DNA of 64,000 bases from an uncultured Candidatus Saccharibacteria bacterium (lineage in GTDB: Bacteria; Patescibacteriota; Dojkabacteria; SC72; JAFGCJ01), in NCBI GenBank assembly GCA_964481345.1, contig CAYZTC010000001.1, positions 71,766 to 135,765 of the forward strand. Direction: 5' to 3'. Both the position numbers and the translations under genes were made by a program. Shown here in pieces: positions 19,287 to 28,596 of this stretch. How positions within the stretch are numbered: the first letter of the stretch is position 1; the number at the start of each line of letters is the position of its first letter. The notes beneath the pieces were generated by a model that saw only the letters and a list, made by a program, of their open reading frames with translations, was not told the DNA's origin and did not search any database.

Positions 19287-20696
19287 TTACTTCGGCGTAG
19301 TCGTAGACGGAGCCGAATCTCCATCTTTAACCGGCTCCTCCTTTTCTTCATTAACTTCTCCGCCTTTGGCAGATTTTTTCTCTTTCTTTTCCTTTGCAAC
19401 GGTTTCATCATTTTCAGTAGCGTCTGATGCAGGAGAACCATTTTTGCGCTTGTTTTCAGTTTCATTCGCTTTATCTTCAAGTACTTCCTCTTTCTTTTTT
19501 TCCGTTTTCATAACCTTTTGAAACTTCTTAATTTCCTCAAGAGCTCTCTTCCCAATACCTTTTATGTCGAGTATTTCTTTCTCCTCCATTTTCAATACAT
19601 CATCAAGTTTAATCTCTGCCTTCTCTAGTGCAGTCAGTACTCTTGAAGATATTACCGCCTGCCCATCCTGAATCTCTTTAAGGCCTGGGGAAACAATATC
19701 AATCTTTTTACTCGTCAACTTTGCAGCCAGTCTTACATTCTGACCCTCTTTACCAATAGCTAAGGACAGTTGATCATCAGATACCTCTACTGTTGCAACA
19801 CCATCTTCAAGCTTCACTGAACTAACCTGTGCAGGACCAAGTGCCTTTGATATAAAATCAGATTCTTCTTCTGCCCATTCGATTATGTCTATTTTTTCCT
19901 CACCAACCTCAGACATCACGTTTGCAATTCTTACCCCTCTTTGACCCACACATGATCCAATTGGGTCTATGCCTTCTTGATTCGATTTAACGGCAAGTTT
20001 ACTTCTTGAACCTGCTTCCCTTGCTATTTCCATTATTTCAACAATCCCAGACTCTATCTCAGGTACTTCAAGTTTAAATAGCTCTATAAGAAATTCAGGG
20101 TCTCTTCTCGAAACAATTAGGGTTTCACCCTCCTCAATCTCCTTAACAAGAAACTTATATCTTTCTCCAATTTTGTAGAATTCGTTTGGTATTTGTTCGT
20201 CAGGTGGCATTTGTGCGGTTGCCTTACCAATTTCCACAACTGCAATTGGGCCCATCATTCTTTGGACCATACCTGTTACAACTGTACCTATCTTTTGTGA
20301 AAATTCCTCAATGACAGCGGATTTCTCGGCCTCTCTCATCTTTTGCAAAATGACCTGTTTTGCTGTCTGAGCAGCAATTCTACCAAGATTTTCTACAGGA
20401 AGATCAATTTCAACATGATCACCGACTTTAATGTTTTTTTCTATTCTTTTTGCCTCCTTTAAGGATATCTGACTTTTTTCGTCCTTAACTTTTTTTACAA
20501 CCTCCTTAGCGGCAACAATGTGTACTGTCCCAGTATCTCTTTCTATTTCACACTTTAAATTTTCTGCTTCACCATGCTCTTTTTTATATGCAGTAAGTAC
20601 AGCCTCCTCGAGAGCAAGAAAAACTTCCTCAGAATCAATCCCTCTTTCAGAACAAATTTGATTTACTGCAGCGGCAAATTCAGTTATAACTGCCAT
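19287..20696 (-). CDS. nusA: transcription termination/antitermination factor NusA with K/E-rich C-terminal tail
   Basis: N-terminal domain, S1 and KH domains recognisable. Operon context matches. Confidence 0.9.
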   Translation of the reverse strand: MAVITEFAAAVNQICSERGIDSEEVFLALEEAVLTAYKKEHGEAENLKCEIERDTGTVHIVAAKEVVKKVKDEKSQISLKEAKRIEKNIKVGDHVEIDLPVENLGRIAAQTAKQVILQKMREAEKSAVIEEFSQKIGTVVTGMVQRMMGPIAVVEIGKATAQMPPDEQIPNEFYKIGERYKFLVKEIEEGETLIVSRRDPEFLIELFKLEVPEIESGIVEIMEIAREAGSRSKLAVKSNQEGIDPIGSCVGQRGVRIANVMSEVGEEKIDIIEWAEEESDFISKALGPAQVSSVKLEDGVATVEVSDDQLSLAIGKEGQNVRLAAKLTSKKIDIVSPGLKEIQDGQAVISSRVLTALEKAEIKLDDVLKMEEKEILDIKGIGKRALEEIKKFQKVMKTEKKKEEVLEDKANETENKRKNGSPASDATENDETVAKEKKEKKSAKGGEVNEEKEEPVKDGDSAPSTTTPK

Positions 20697-20823
20697 TTCA
20701 TCACAAAATAAAAAATTAAAAAGGGTTATTTAAATAAAAAGGTGAGCATAAACTCACCCCTTCTAAACCACAAGTTCCAGGCGGATTATAGCATAAAAAC
20801 GGTTTTACTTGAAAGCCATCAAA

Positions 20824-22023
20824 CTATTTTTTCACAGAAAAATCTTCTTCTTTTGGAATAAAGAATAACAGAGAAAGAATTAACACAACAGCAATAAAAG
20901 CAATCACCACACTGAAATTGTAGTCTGCCAACGCCCCAATTAACGGGTTAACTATTACTAAAAATAGTGTCCTAATCATAGAAATTGCAGATAGTGTGGT
21001 TGCTCGTTCCTTGCTTCCGATATGGACATTTACATATTTTGCAAAAATATTTCTAATACTTAAGCCTACACCCCCCGAGAAGATAACAAATAGTAAGGGC
21101 CCCAGATAGTTGTTAAATACCAATACAAATATGTATCCAAGAGCTATTACAATTGCACTTCCCATAGCAATAACCTTTTTATTCCTTGATTTTTCTAAAG
21201 AGGATATAAATAAATATGCAAGTATTATCTCGCTAATTACAAGTATTATTTTGAATGTACCAAATTGTTCAATCCCTGTTCCAACCCTCTTCATTACCAC
21301 TTGATAAAACCAGATAACAAAATATGAAGCCCAGAACAATATGGACACAAAAAGTGCCATTCTTCTAAGTGCAGCATTATTCTTTAGGTTCCTAAATGAA
21401 TTCTTAAATACCTCTTTGTAATTAGGACGAAGAGACTCTTCCTTAAATTGTTGCGGCTCTTTTACAAAAACCCAAATCACTGTTAACCCAACAAAAAACG
21501 CGATGGAACTGAGTTGTACAAGTTGATTTACATCAAACCTGTTTATCATCACATTTGCAATAAGACCGGTCATCAGCATCCCTGCTAGATGAAAATTTCC
21601 ATCCATTACCATCACCTTTCCAAAGTCTTCCTCGTTATTTGATTCAGCACAAATATCATACATCAAAGCCTCTTTTGCACCAGACTCAAAAGCTTTCCCC
21701 AGAGCAAAAATAATCTCCGCGAGAATAAATATGTGGATATTTGGAAAACTCCCATATACAATCGGTCCAATTGTTAGAAAAAGATAACCGAGAACAACCG
21801 AGAACTTTCTTCCCTTTACATCCCCAATGAGTCCAGTCGGTACTTCAAGAAAAAAGACGGCAAACATGAACCAACTTTGAAGAGATTGTATCTGAAACTG
21901 GTTCAGACCTCCCCAATCCACAAAAAATGGAATCATAAAAATCCCAATAAATTCCATCCCAATTATAAAGGAGGAGATCCACATTAAATATATTCTTTTA
22001 TCGTATTTTAAAAGCTTTTTCAT
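20824..22023 (-). CDS. MFS transporter
   Basis: About 12 TM helices. GDVKGRKF-type loop motif between TM2 and TM3. Confidence 0.7.
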   Translation of the reverse strand: MKKLLKYDKRIYLMWISSFIIGMEFIGIFMIPFFVDWGGLNQFQIQSLQSWFMFAVFFLEVPTGLIGDVKGRKFSVVLGYLFLTIGPIVYGSFPNIHIFILAEIIFALGKAFESGAKEALMYDICAESNNEEDFGKVMVMDGNFHLAGMLMTGLIANVMINRFDVNQLVQLSSIAFFVGLTVIWVFVKEPQQFKEESLRPNYKEVFKNSFRNLKNNAALRRMALFVSILFWASYFVIWFYQVVMKRVGTGIEQFGTFKIILVISEIILAYLFISSLEKSRNKKVIAMGSAIVIALGYIFVLVFNNYLGPLLFVIFSGGVGLSIRNIFAKYVNVHIGSKERATTLSAISMIRTLFLVIVNPLIGALADYNFSVVIAFIAVVLILSLLFFIPKEEDFSVKK

Positions 22024-22085
22024 AGCATTACCTTTAAGTAATCTTTATATAATAGGGATAACTGAAAGAAAAGTCAAAAATATGC

Positions 22086-23072
22086 CTATAACTCAACAAC
22101 TTCATACTCTTTTCCAAACTTGCAGTATTTAGAGGCATAGTCTATTTGAAGCATTGGGTCTTTGTGGTGGGTCTCTTGAAACACATCCCTGCCCTCATTT
22201 TTATTTATCAAATCAACACTTGCCTTATCAATTGCTACCGGATTGTCTGAAAATAATATTCCAACATCTTTTGCGATATTTCCACCCGCCTCTGACTCAC
22301 AATCACAGTCTTTGGAAATTCTTAACAAGAAATTTATATAGTAAACAGAGCCCTTGAAACTGTTTATAACAGCACATGCCCCCTGGGCAAGTAGATCATC
22401 AAAATATGCCTTTTCTGGAGCAAGACAATTATGTGGACAATTTATTTGACATATGGAGCACCCCCAACATTTCTCGAGATTTATCTTTGCCTTTCCATCT
22501 ACCATCTCAATAGCTTTAGCGGGACACAAATCAGCACACATGCCACATCCTTCACATTCTTTTACAAATTTGGGTTTACATAAATTATGAACTTTCGACT
22601 TTCCCTCAGGTGATAATCCACCCATTCCAAGATTTTTAATAGCACCACCAAACCCTGCACAGGAATGACCTTTCACATGTGAGATCACTAGAACATTACC
22701 AGAGTTTATTAGATCCCTAGAAACAGGTGCAACAAAGTCTTTAGTTTTAACATCTTTATACCTGCCAGATATCACCACGTCTCCAAGCTCCTCATATCCC
22801 CTATCTTTTGCCACCTTTTCATACCCTTCAACCGTACTCCTTGGGGAATTATATGCCACAGGAGTATCCAGCAGTACAACTTCAATATCCTTCTTCTTTA
22901 ACACATCAACCACTGGCTTTATATCCTCAGGAACAAATGCACTTTTATTTCCTGGCTCACCAAAATGAATCTTTATTATGACCTTTGAACCATCTGGAAA
23001 AACATCCTTCAATAGCTTTTCTGAATGGCTTGATAGTTTAGAAATATCTTTTACAAAATAAACTTTTGACAT
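22086..23072 (-). CDS. DUF362-domain protein with two 4Fe-4S ferredoxin motifs
   Basis: CEGCGMCADLCP and CWGCSICQINCP cluster motifs inside a DUF362-like scaffold. Confidence 0.65.
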   Translation of the reverse strand: MSKVYFVKDISKLSSHSEKLLKDVFPDGSKVIIKIHFGEPGNKSAFVPEDIKPVVDVLKKKDIEVVLLDTPVAYNSPRSTVEGYEKVAKDRGYEELGDVVISGRYKDVKTKDFVAPVSRDLINSGNVLVISHVKGHSCAGFGGAIKNLGMGGLSPEGKSKVHNLCKPKFVKECEGCGMCADLCPAKAIEMVDGKAKINLEKCWGCSICQINCPHNCLAPEKAYFDDLLAQGACAVINSFKGSVYYINFLLRISKDCDCESEAGGNIAKDVGILFSDNPVAIDKASVDLINKNEGRDVFQETHHKDPMLQIDYASKYCKFGKEYEVVEL

Positions 23073-23087
23073 GAGAGAATTATATCA

Positions 23088-24173
23088 TTAACTCCCAAGC
23101 TTCTCCCAGATTCTCTTATCTTTTCTCCCTACCCTTTTTGGAATATCTACAACCACCCTTACATACTGATCGCCATAACCTTTACTCCCAAGTTTTGGGG
23201 CTCCTTTACCTGACAACCTAAAAATCGAATGAGACTGAGTGCCTTTTGGAATCTTCATGTCAACTTCCCCGTGAATTGTCTTTACTTTCTCTTTTCCTCC
23301 CAGCACTGCCAACTTTACAGGAACATGAACATCTACATAAATATCATCTCCCTTTCTTTCATAATAATCATGTGGCTCAACCTGCAATTCGACATATAAA
23401 TCCCCGTATCCCCCACCATTCCTTCCTGCATTTCCACCATTTCTAAATCTCAAAATCATGCCATCATAGCTCCCCTCTGGTACTTTCACTTTCACATTTT
23501 CAGACTTTTGGATAATTCCATTTCCAGAACATTTATCACATTCTTTTTCAGGTACACGACCCCTACCCTCACACCTTGGACAGTCAGAGATAACGGATAT
23601 TCCACCCAAAAGAGTATTTCTCATCTGCCTAATCCTGCCCCTTCCATTACATTGAGGACATTCTTTATGTTTACCATCCTTTGCACCAGTACCATCACAC
23701 TCTTTACAAACCACATCCCTCTTTATATTTAACTCCACCTCTTTACCCCAAATAGCATTCTCAAAATTCAGCTTAATACCCTCCTTAATATCACTACCCC
23801 TTACAACTTTACTCCTTGTCCTTCCCTCAAACCCAAAATCAAATCCTCCCAAACCACCACCAAAGAAATTGTTTAAAATGTCACTAAGATCTCCCATGTC
23901 AAACGGTGACCTACCAAACCCATTGAATCCTCCACCACCAACAAATCCCTCTGTTCCTGCATGTCCAAACTGATCATATGCCTTTCTTTTCTCATCGTCA
24001 GATAAGACTTCATATGCCTCTCTTACCTCTTTAAACCTATCTTCCGCATCTGGGGAATCGTTGTGATCAGGATGATACTCCTTTGCAAGCTTTCTATATG
24101 ATTTTTTGATTTTCTGGGCAGATGCATCTTTTGACACACCTAGAATATCGTAATAATCTCTCTTATCAGCCAA
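23088..24173 (-). CDS. dnaJ: chaperone DnaJ
   Basis: J-domain with HPD, G/F-rich region, four CxxCxGxG zinc-finger repeats. Confidence 0.9.
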   Translation of the reverse strand: MADKRDYYDILGVSKDASAQKIKKSYRKLAKEYHPDHNDSPDAEDRFKEVREAYEVLSDDEKRKAYDQFGHAGTEGFVGGGGFNGFGRSPFDMGDLSDILNNFFGGGLGGFDFGFEGRTRSKVVRGSDIKEGIKLNFENAIWGKEVELNIKRDVVCKECDGTGAKDGKHKECPQCNGRGRIRQMRNTLLGGISVISDCPRCEGRGRVPEKECDKCSGNGIIQKSENVKVKVPEGSYDGMILRFRNGGNAGRNGGGYGDLYVELQVEPHDYYERKGDDIYVDVHVPVKLAVLGGKEKVKTIHGEVDMKIPKGTQSHSIFRLSGKGAPKLGSKGYGDQYVRVVVDIPKRVGRKDKRIWEKLGS

Positions 24174-24296
24174 TCTATAAATACTTTCAAGTTATTGGCA
24201 ATCAAAAGTAATGACTGCTAACAAAGGATTATACATCAAAAAAATATTTAAGTAACCTTTTAGGCTTTAAGCCAGCCCAAAACATGTTAGAATGAA

Positions 24297-25109
24297 GTGA
24301 TGATAGAAATCACAGATAAAGATAAAGTAGAAAACTCAGACTTTCAAAAAAGAAAAAGAGCTAAAAGAGCAAAACTAGTCTTGTCTGGAGTACTTGCATT
24401 TTCTGGAATAGCAATACTTGTCTCTCAAATAGGTCCATTGATCCATTCATACGTAAATGGAAAAATTCTTGAATCTCAGATCCTTGCACTTAAAGACCCC
24501 GCTCCAACCCAGGAGTTAGAACCTGATGAATCAGAACTCCCCTACTACGACCCAGGACTAAGCTATTTTCAAAATGTGGTTCAACATATCGGAGGAGATA
24601 CAACAGGAAATGTCCTTGGAACTAGAAATACCTCAAGGGATGTAACTATCGATTCTAATTATGACAAACCTATGAATCTTTCAATCTCGAGTATTGGAGT
24701 AGAGGAAGTAAACGTAACTCCAAATGTGGATAGCTTCCAAACTCGTGTCTACAATGATGCACTAATAAATGGACTTGCTCACTTCAAAGGAACTCCACTT
24801 CCTGGAGATGGAGGGAACAGCTTTATCTATGGACATAGTGCTATAGAGTCATTTTTCTCAAGACATCAAAGCGATCCTGAAACAATTTTTTCAAAACTAG
24901 AAAACACAGAACTTTCAGATACGGTCGAAATTACGAAGGATGGATTTACATATAGATATAACGTGATAAAAAAGACTATAATTGATCCTAACGACTTTGA
25001 TATCCTATCTGGGGTACAAGGAAAGGAAACCATAACCCTAATGACCTGTTGGCCGCTAGGGGTTGGAAGTAAAAGATTAATTGTTATTGGAGAAAGAATA
25101 GGTGGATAA
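24297..25109 (+). CDS. sortase-family transpeptidase
   Basis: N-terminal TM anchor, catalytic His (IYGHSAI), TLxTC motif (ITLMTCWP) and downstream Arg (KRLIVIGER). Confidence 0.7.
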   Translation: MMIEITDKDKVENSDFQKRKRAKRAKLVLSGVLAFSGIAILVSQIGPLIHSYVNGKILESQILALKDPAPTQELEPDESELPYYDPGLSYFQNVVQHIGGDTTGNVLGTRNTSRDVTIDSNYDKPMNLSISSIGVEEVNVTPNVDSFQTRVYNDALINGLAHFKGTPLPGDGGNSFIYGHSAIESFFSRHQSDPETIFSKLENTELSDTVEITKDGFTYRYNVIKKTIIDPNDFDILSGVQGKETITLMTCWPLGVGSKRLIVIGERIGG

Positions 25110-26412
25110 AAATAGAAAGCTGATAATCATAGGTATTGCAACAGTATTGATTATCATAGCTATCGTTGGAATACTTATTACTAGAAGATCCAGCTCAAAT
25201 AACCAGTCGGGTGAACAGGTAGAGCTAACATATATCGGACTTTGGGAAAGCAGTAACACTATCCAATCTTTAATAGATGACTTTGAAGAAGAGTACCCAA
25301 ATGTTTCAGTCACATACATCCAAGACAGGATTACACAGTATGAAGATAATATATATGGAAGGTTAAGTGATCCAGAAATTACACCTGACGTGATAAGAAT
25401 TCACAATACCTGGACATACAAATTTGAACATCTACTATCCCCTCTTCCACCAGAAATCATGACGCAAACTGAATATTCAGATATATTTTATCCTACTGCA
25501 CTGGATGATTTTATGGGTACAGATGGCCAAATATATGCAGTACCCCTTACGATTGATGGACTTGCCCTCTTTTATAACAAAGACCTCCTTGAAGAAGAAG
25601 GAATCACTGAACCACCAGAAGATTGGGATACATTTAAAGAGTATGCAACTGACTTAACAAAAACAACCTCAAATGGATTCATCACTCAGTCTGGCGCAGC
25701 TATTGGATGTGCAGGTAATATAAACCACTCAGCAGAATTACTTTCAGCGCTAATGCTTCAAAGCAATGTCAGCATGACATCTAGTGATGATACTCAAGCT
25801 ACATTTAATACATCAAGAGCAGCAAGCGTACTTGAATACTATACAGGTTATGTAACTGAATCTAATGTATGGACGTGTGAGCAAAGAAACGATCTTGAAT
25901 TATTTGCCGCCGGAGATCTTGCAATGATGTTCGGTCCTAGTTGGAGAGTATTTGATATTATCAATATGAATCCATCCATAAATTTTGACACCGCACCTTT
26001 CCCACAGCTCGTGGGTAATACTGAAAATATAAACTTTTCAACATATTGGGGAGAGGCAGTATCTGTACAATCTGAACACCAACTGGAATCATGGCAATTT
26101 GTAAAATTTATGAGTGAGGCAGAGCAGCAGAAGAAGATGTTTTCACTTGCATCACAAGAGCGAACTTTTGGAGAGCCATACTCAAGAACTGACCTTGCAT
26201 CCGAACTTTCTAATACTCAATACGTAGATACCTTTATACTGATGGCGCCATACATGACAAGCTGGAAAATGGGTGATGAAATAACTGCGAAAGATGCACT
26301 TGATGATGCAATTACAGATGTAGTCGAAAGAAATGTTAGAGAAGATCAAGCGCTAGATACAGCAGTTCAAACAATAAATACAAAATTAACAGAGATCTAT
26401 AGTAACCAATAA
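25102..26412 (+). CDS. extracellular solute-binding protein (ABC-type, sugar-binding family 1), orphan
   Basis: N-terminal TM/signal anchor and an SBP_bac_1-like fold (LALFYNKDLLEE...GITEPP). No permease or ATPase gene nearby. Confidence 0.6.
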   Translation: MDKNRKLIIIGIATVLIIIAIVGILITRRSSSNNQSGEQVELTYIGLWESSNTIQSLIDDFEEEYPNVSVTYIQDRITQYEDNIYGRLSDPEITPDVIRIHNTWTYKFEHLLSPLPPEIMTQTEYSDIFYPTALDDFMGTDGQIYAVPLTIDGLALFYNKDLLEEEGITEPPEDWDTFKEYATDLTKTTSNGFITQSGAAIGCAGNINHSAELLSALMLQSNVSMTSSDDTQATFNTSRAASVLEYYTGYVTESNVWTCEQRNDLELFAAGDLAMMFGPSWRVFDIINMNPSINFDTAPFPQLVGNTENINFSTYWGEAVSVQSEHQLESWQFVKFMSEAEQQKKMFSLASQERTFGEPYSRTDLASELSNTQYVDTFILMAPYMTSWKMGDEITAKDALDDAITDVVERNVREDQALDTAVQTINTKLTEIYSNQ

Positions 26413-26453
26413 ATTTGATGTTATCTTGAAATATAGTATATAGTTTTGTTTAG

Positions 26454-28421
26454 ATGAGAAACCGCCCTACAAGTAAAAAAAAGGCAATAGTAATATCTAC
26501 CTTGCTTATTGCAATCGCAATACCCGCAACAGTACTCGGAACCCAGAAGATTCAAGATATTAGAAACCAAGCAGCGGAGGAAGAAACTGCAATAGATTTT
26601 GCAACTGATTTCAACGCTGACAGCGTCATCAAAGCATACAGTGGGGTTAGATATGAAAAGACTATTCAGCTGAAGGGATACAACGCAAAAAACTCAACCA
26701 TGTATCTAGGTTGTGACCCAGAAAAATGCGGAACACTATGCAACCTAGAACTTCACAATCCACCGTACGGACTTACTATCGGAAGAGATTCAAGAACCGT
26801 CATTTGGGATGACCCCAAAGAAACAGGTGGAAGAGATTCCTGGGATATTACACTAACAGCAGTTGCTCCCAAAATAAACGATAGAGATGAGTTCGACTGT
26901 GCAATTCAAAGATACACACTAAGTCTCTCTGAAAAAACTAAAAATATTCAACCAAGTTGTTCGATTTCGCCGGTACAGTACAGCCTCAATTACATCCCTC
27001 AAAACTATAACCAGGGGTTAATACTTGAGGGGCAGGATATAGATGGGGGAATAGAATCAGCCAGAGTTGAAGTTATCGCACAAAATGGGCAGACAGAAAC
27101 CAAAGCATGGCAATTTGATGGAGATTCATCGATAGTGATAAATAAAGAAAGCAGTCCAGCCTTACTATTCAACATGAACAACCTTGGATCATATGATGTT
27201 AATGCTTATGTAACTGATACAGATGGTATTGAGGTAGAATGCTCTCAGGATAGAAATATTGAGCTTACAATAGTAATTCCGGGAGATAATGGATCTCCTG
27301 AATTTCAGACCGATCCATATACAGATTCTACTCCAGATGTGAGTATTGATGTTGGTGAGTCATATAGATATCAGGCAGAAGCATCAGATCCAAACAGTGA
27401 TGCAATAGATTATTTTGTAATCAATGATACCGGATGGGTAAACTTCACTGTAACTGAAAACGAACCAGGATATTTTGAAGGTCTATTTACTGGTACACCA
27501 AGTCAAAGAGGTGCATATACATTGGTACTCTCTCTAAACGATGGCTATCATAACCACTACTCTACTCAAATATGGGTTGTAGATGTAGGAAACTATGGTA
27601 CTCCAGATGAAGCTCCTGAAGAGCCTGACCTTGATTTATATCCCCAGATTTTAAATGTAAAACCTTTAGAAAAAACTGAAATCTCCGATACGAAGCCACT
27701 TATATCCGCAAGTCTCATCTCAGCTGAAAATAGTACGATAATAGAAGGATCAGTGGAAATTGCACTGAATGACAGTGATATTACTGAGGATTCACAGATT
27801 AGAGGAGGGGGGAAAGAGACAGGATCTGTAACTTACATACCGACCCAACCACTTCATAAAGGTACACACAGAGTCACAATAAGATTCGATGATGAGTCTG
27901 GAAAAACTGTAGAAAAATCCTGGACATTTAGTATTACTTCACAAGAGGATGACATCCCAATACCTACCGAGGAAGGTATAGAAATACTTGGATACGTGAT
28001 CTCCACAAAGATGGCAACGGTACTGTTAATTGGAACTGCTCTTCTCGCCATGGCAATAATCATCCCGTGGATCATGTACTCTTTATGGCAAAGAACACAA
28101 AAGGAAGAGATTAAGACAAAGCCAAGTGGGTATTTCGCTACTCCAACTGAGGCAGAAATTCCACCAGAACCACCGGCAACCCCACCATCAATAGACCAAC
28201 TAATACCAGACGAAAGCCCACAGCCGGATTACTACTCTGGATTCGATGTATCACCGGAAGAAAAAAAGGTACAACCTCTACAGAAGCCTGAACAACAACC
28301 TCCATCAGAAATTCCTACAGCACCAGCACCTCAACCACCAAGTACAACCGAAACTACCAAGACTAACAATACTCAAGAGATAGAACCATCAGAAGAAGTA
28401 AAGGTCAGGGACAAGCCCTAA
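26454..28421 (+). CDS. large secreted or surface protein with cadherin-like/Ig-like domain, C-proximal TM helix and Pro-rich tail
   Basis: Signal peptide. He_PIG-like segment DPNSDAIDYFVINDTGW...TGTPSQRGAYTLVLSLNDG. TM segment VLLIGTALLAMAIIIPWIM. Then a PPEPPATPP-rich tail. Confidence 0.55.
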   Translation: MRNRPTSKKKAIVISTLLIAIAIPATVLGTQKIQDIRNQAAEEETAIDFATDFNADSVIKAYSGVRYEKTIQLKGYNAKNSTMYLGCDPEKCGTLCNLELHNPPYGLTIGRDSRTVIWDDPKETGGRDSWDITLTAVAPKINDRDEFDCAIQRYTLSLSEKTKNIQPSCSISPVQYSLNYIPQNYNQGLILEGQDIDGGIESARVEVIAQNGQTETKAWQFDGDSSIVINKESSPALLFNMNNLGSYDVNAYVTDTDGIEVECSQDRNIELTIVIPGDNGSPEFQTDPYTDSTPDVSIDVGESYRYQAEASDPNSDAIDYFVINDTGWVNFTVTENEPGYFEGLFTGTPSQRGAYTLVLSLNDGYHNHYSTQIWVVDVGNYGTPDEAPEEPDLDLYPQILNVKPLEKTEISDTKPLISASLISAENSTIIEGSVEIALNDSDITEDSQIRGGGKETGSVTYIPTQPLHKGTHRVTIRFDDESGKTVEKSWTFSITSQEDDIPIPTEEGIEILGYVISTKMATVLLIGTALLAMAIIIPWIMYSLWQRTQKEEIKTKPSGYFATPTEAEIPPEPPATPPSIDQLIPDESPQPDYYSGFDVSPEEKKVQPLQKPEQQPPSEIPTAPAPQPPSTTETTKTNNTQEIEPSEEVKVRDKP

Positions 28422-28596
28422 GTATATCAAAAACTACTCTTCTTTATTGTATCTCAGAGGCAGTCTTACCAAAGGTAGACTGCCGTGGAGTCTATCCAGT
28501 AGTTTTACCATGACGTTATTCAACGGCTTGTCCCGCTACGCGATGGCTCTGCAGTGGTTTACCCAGTCGCACTCAACAAGCTATAATCTATATAGC

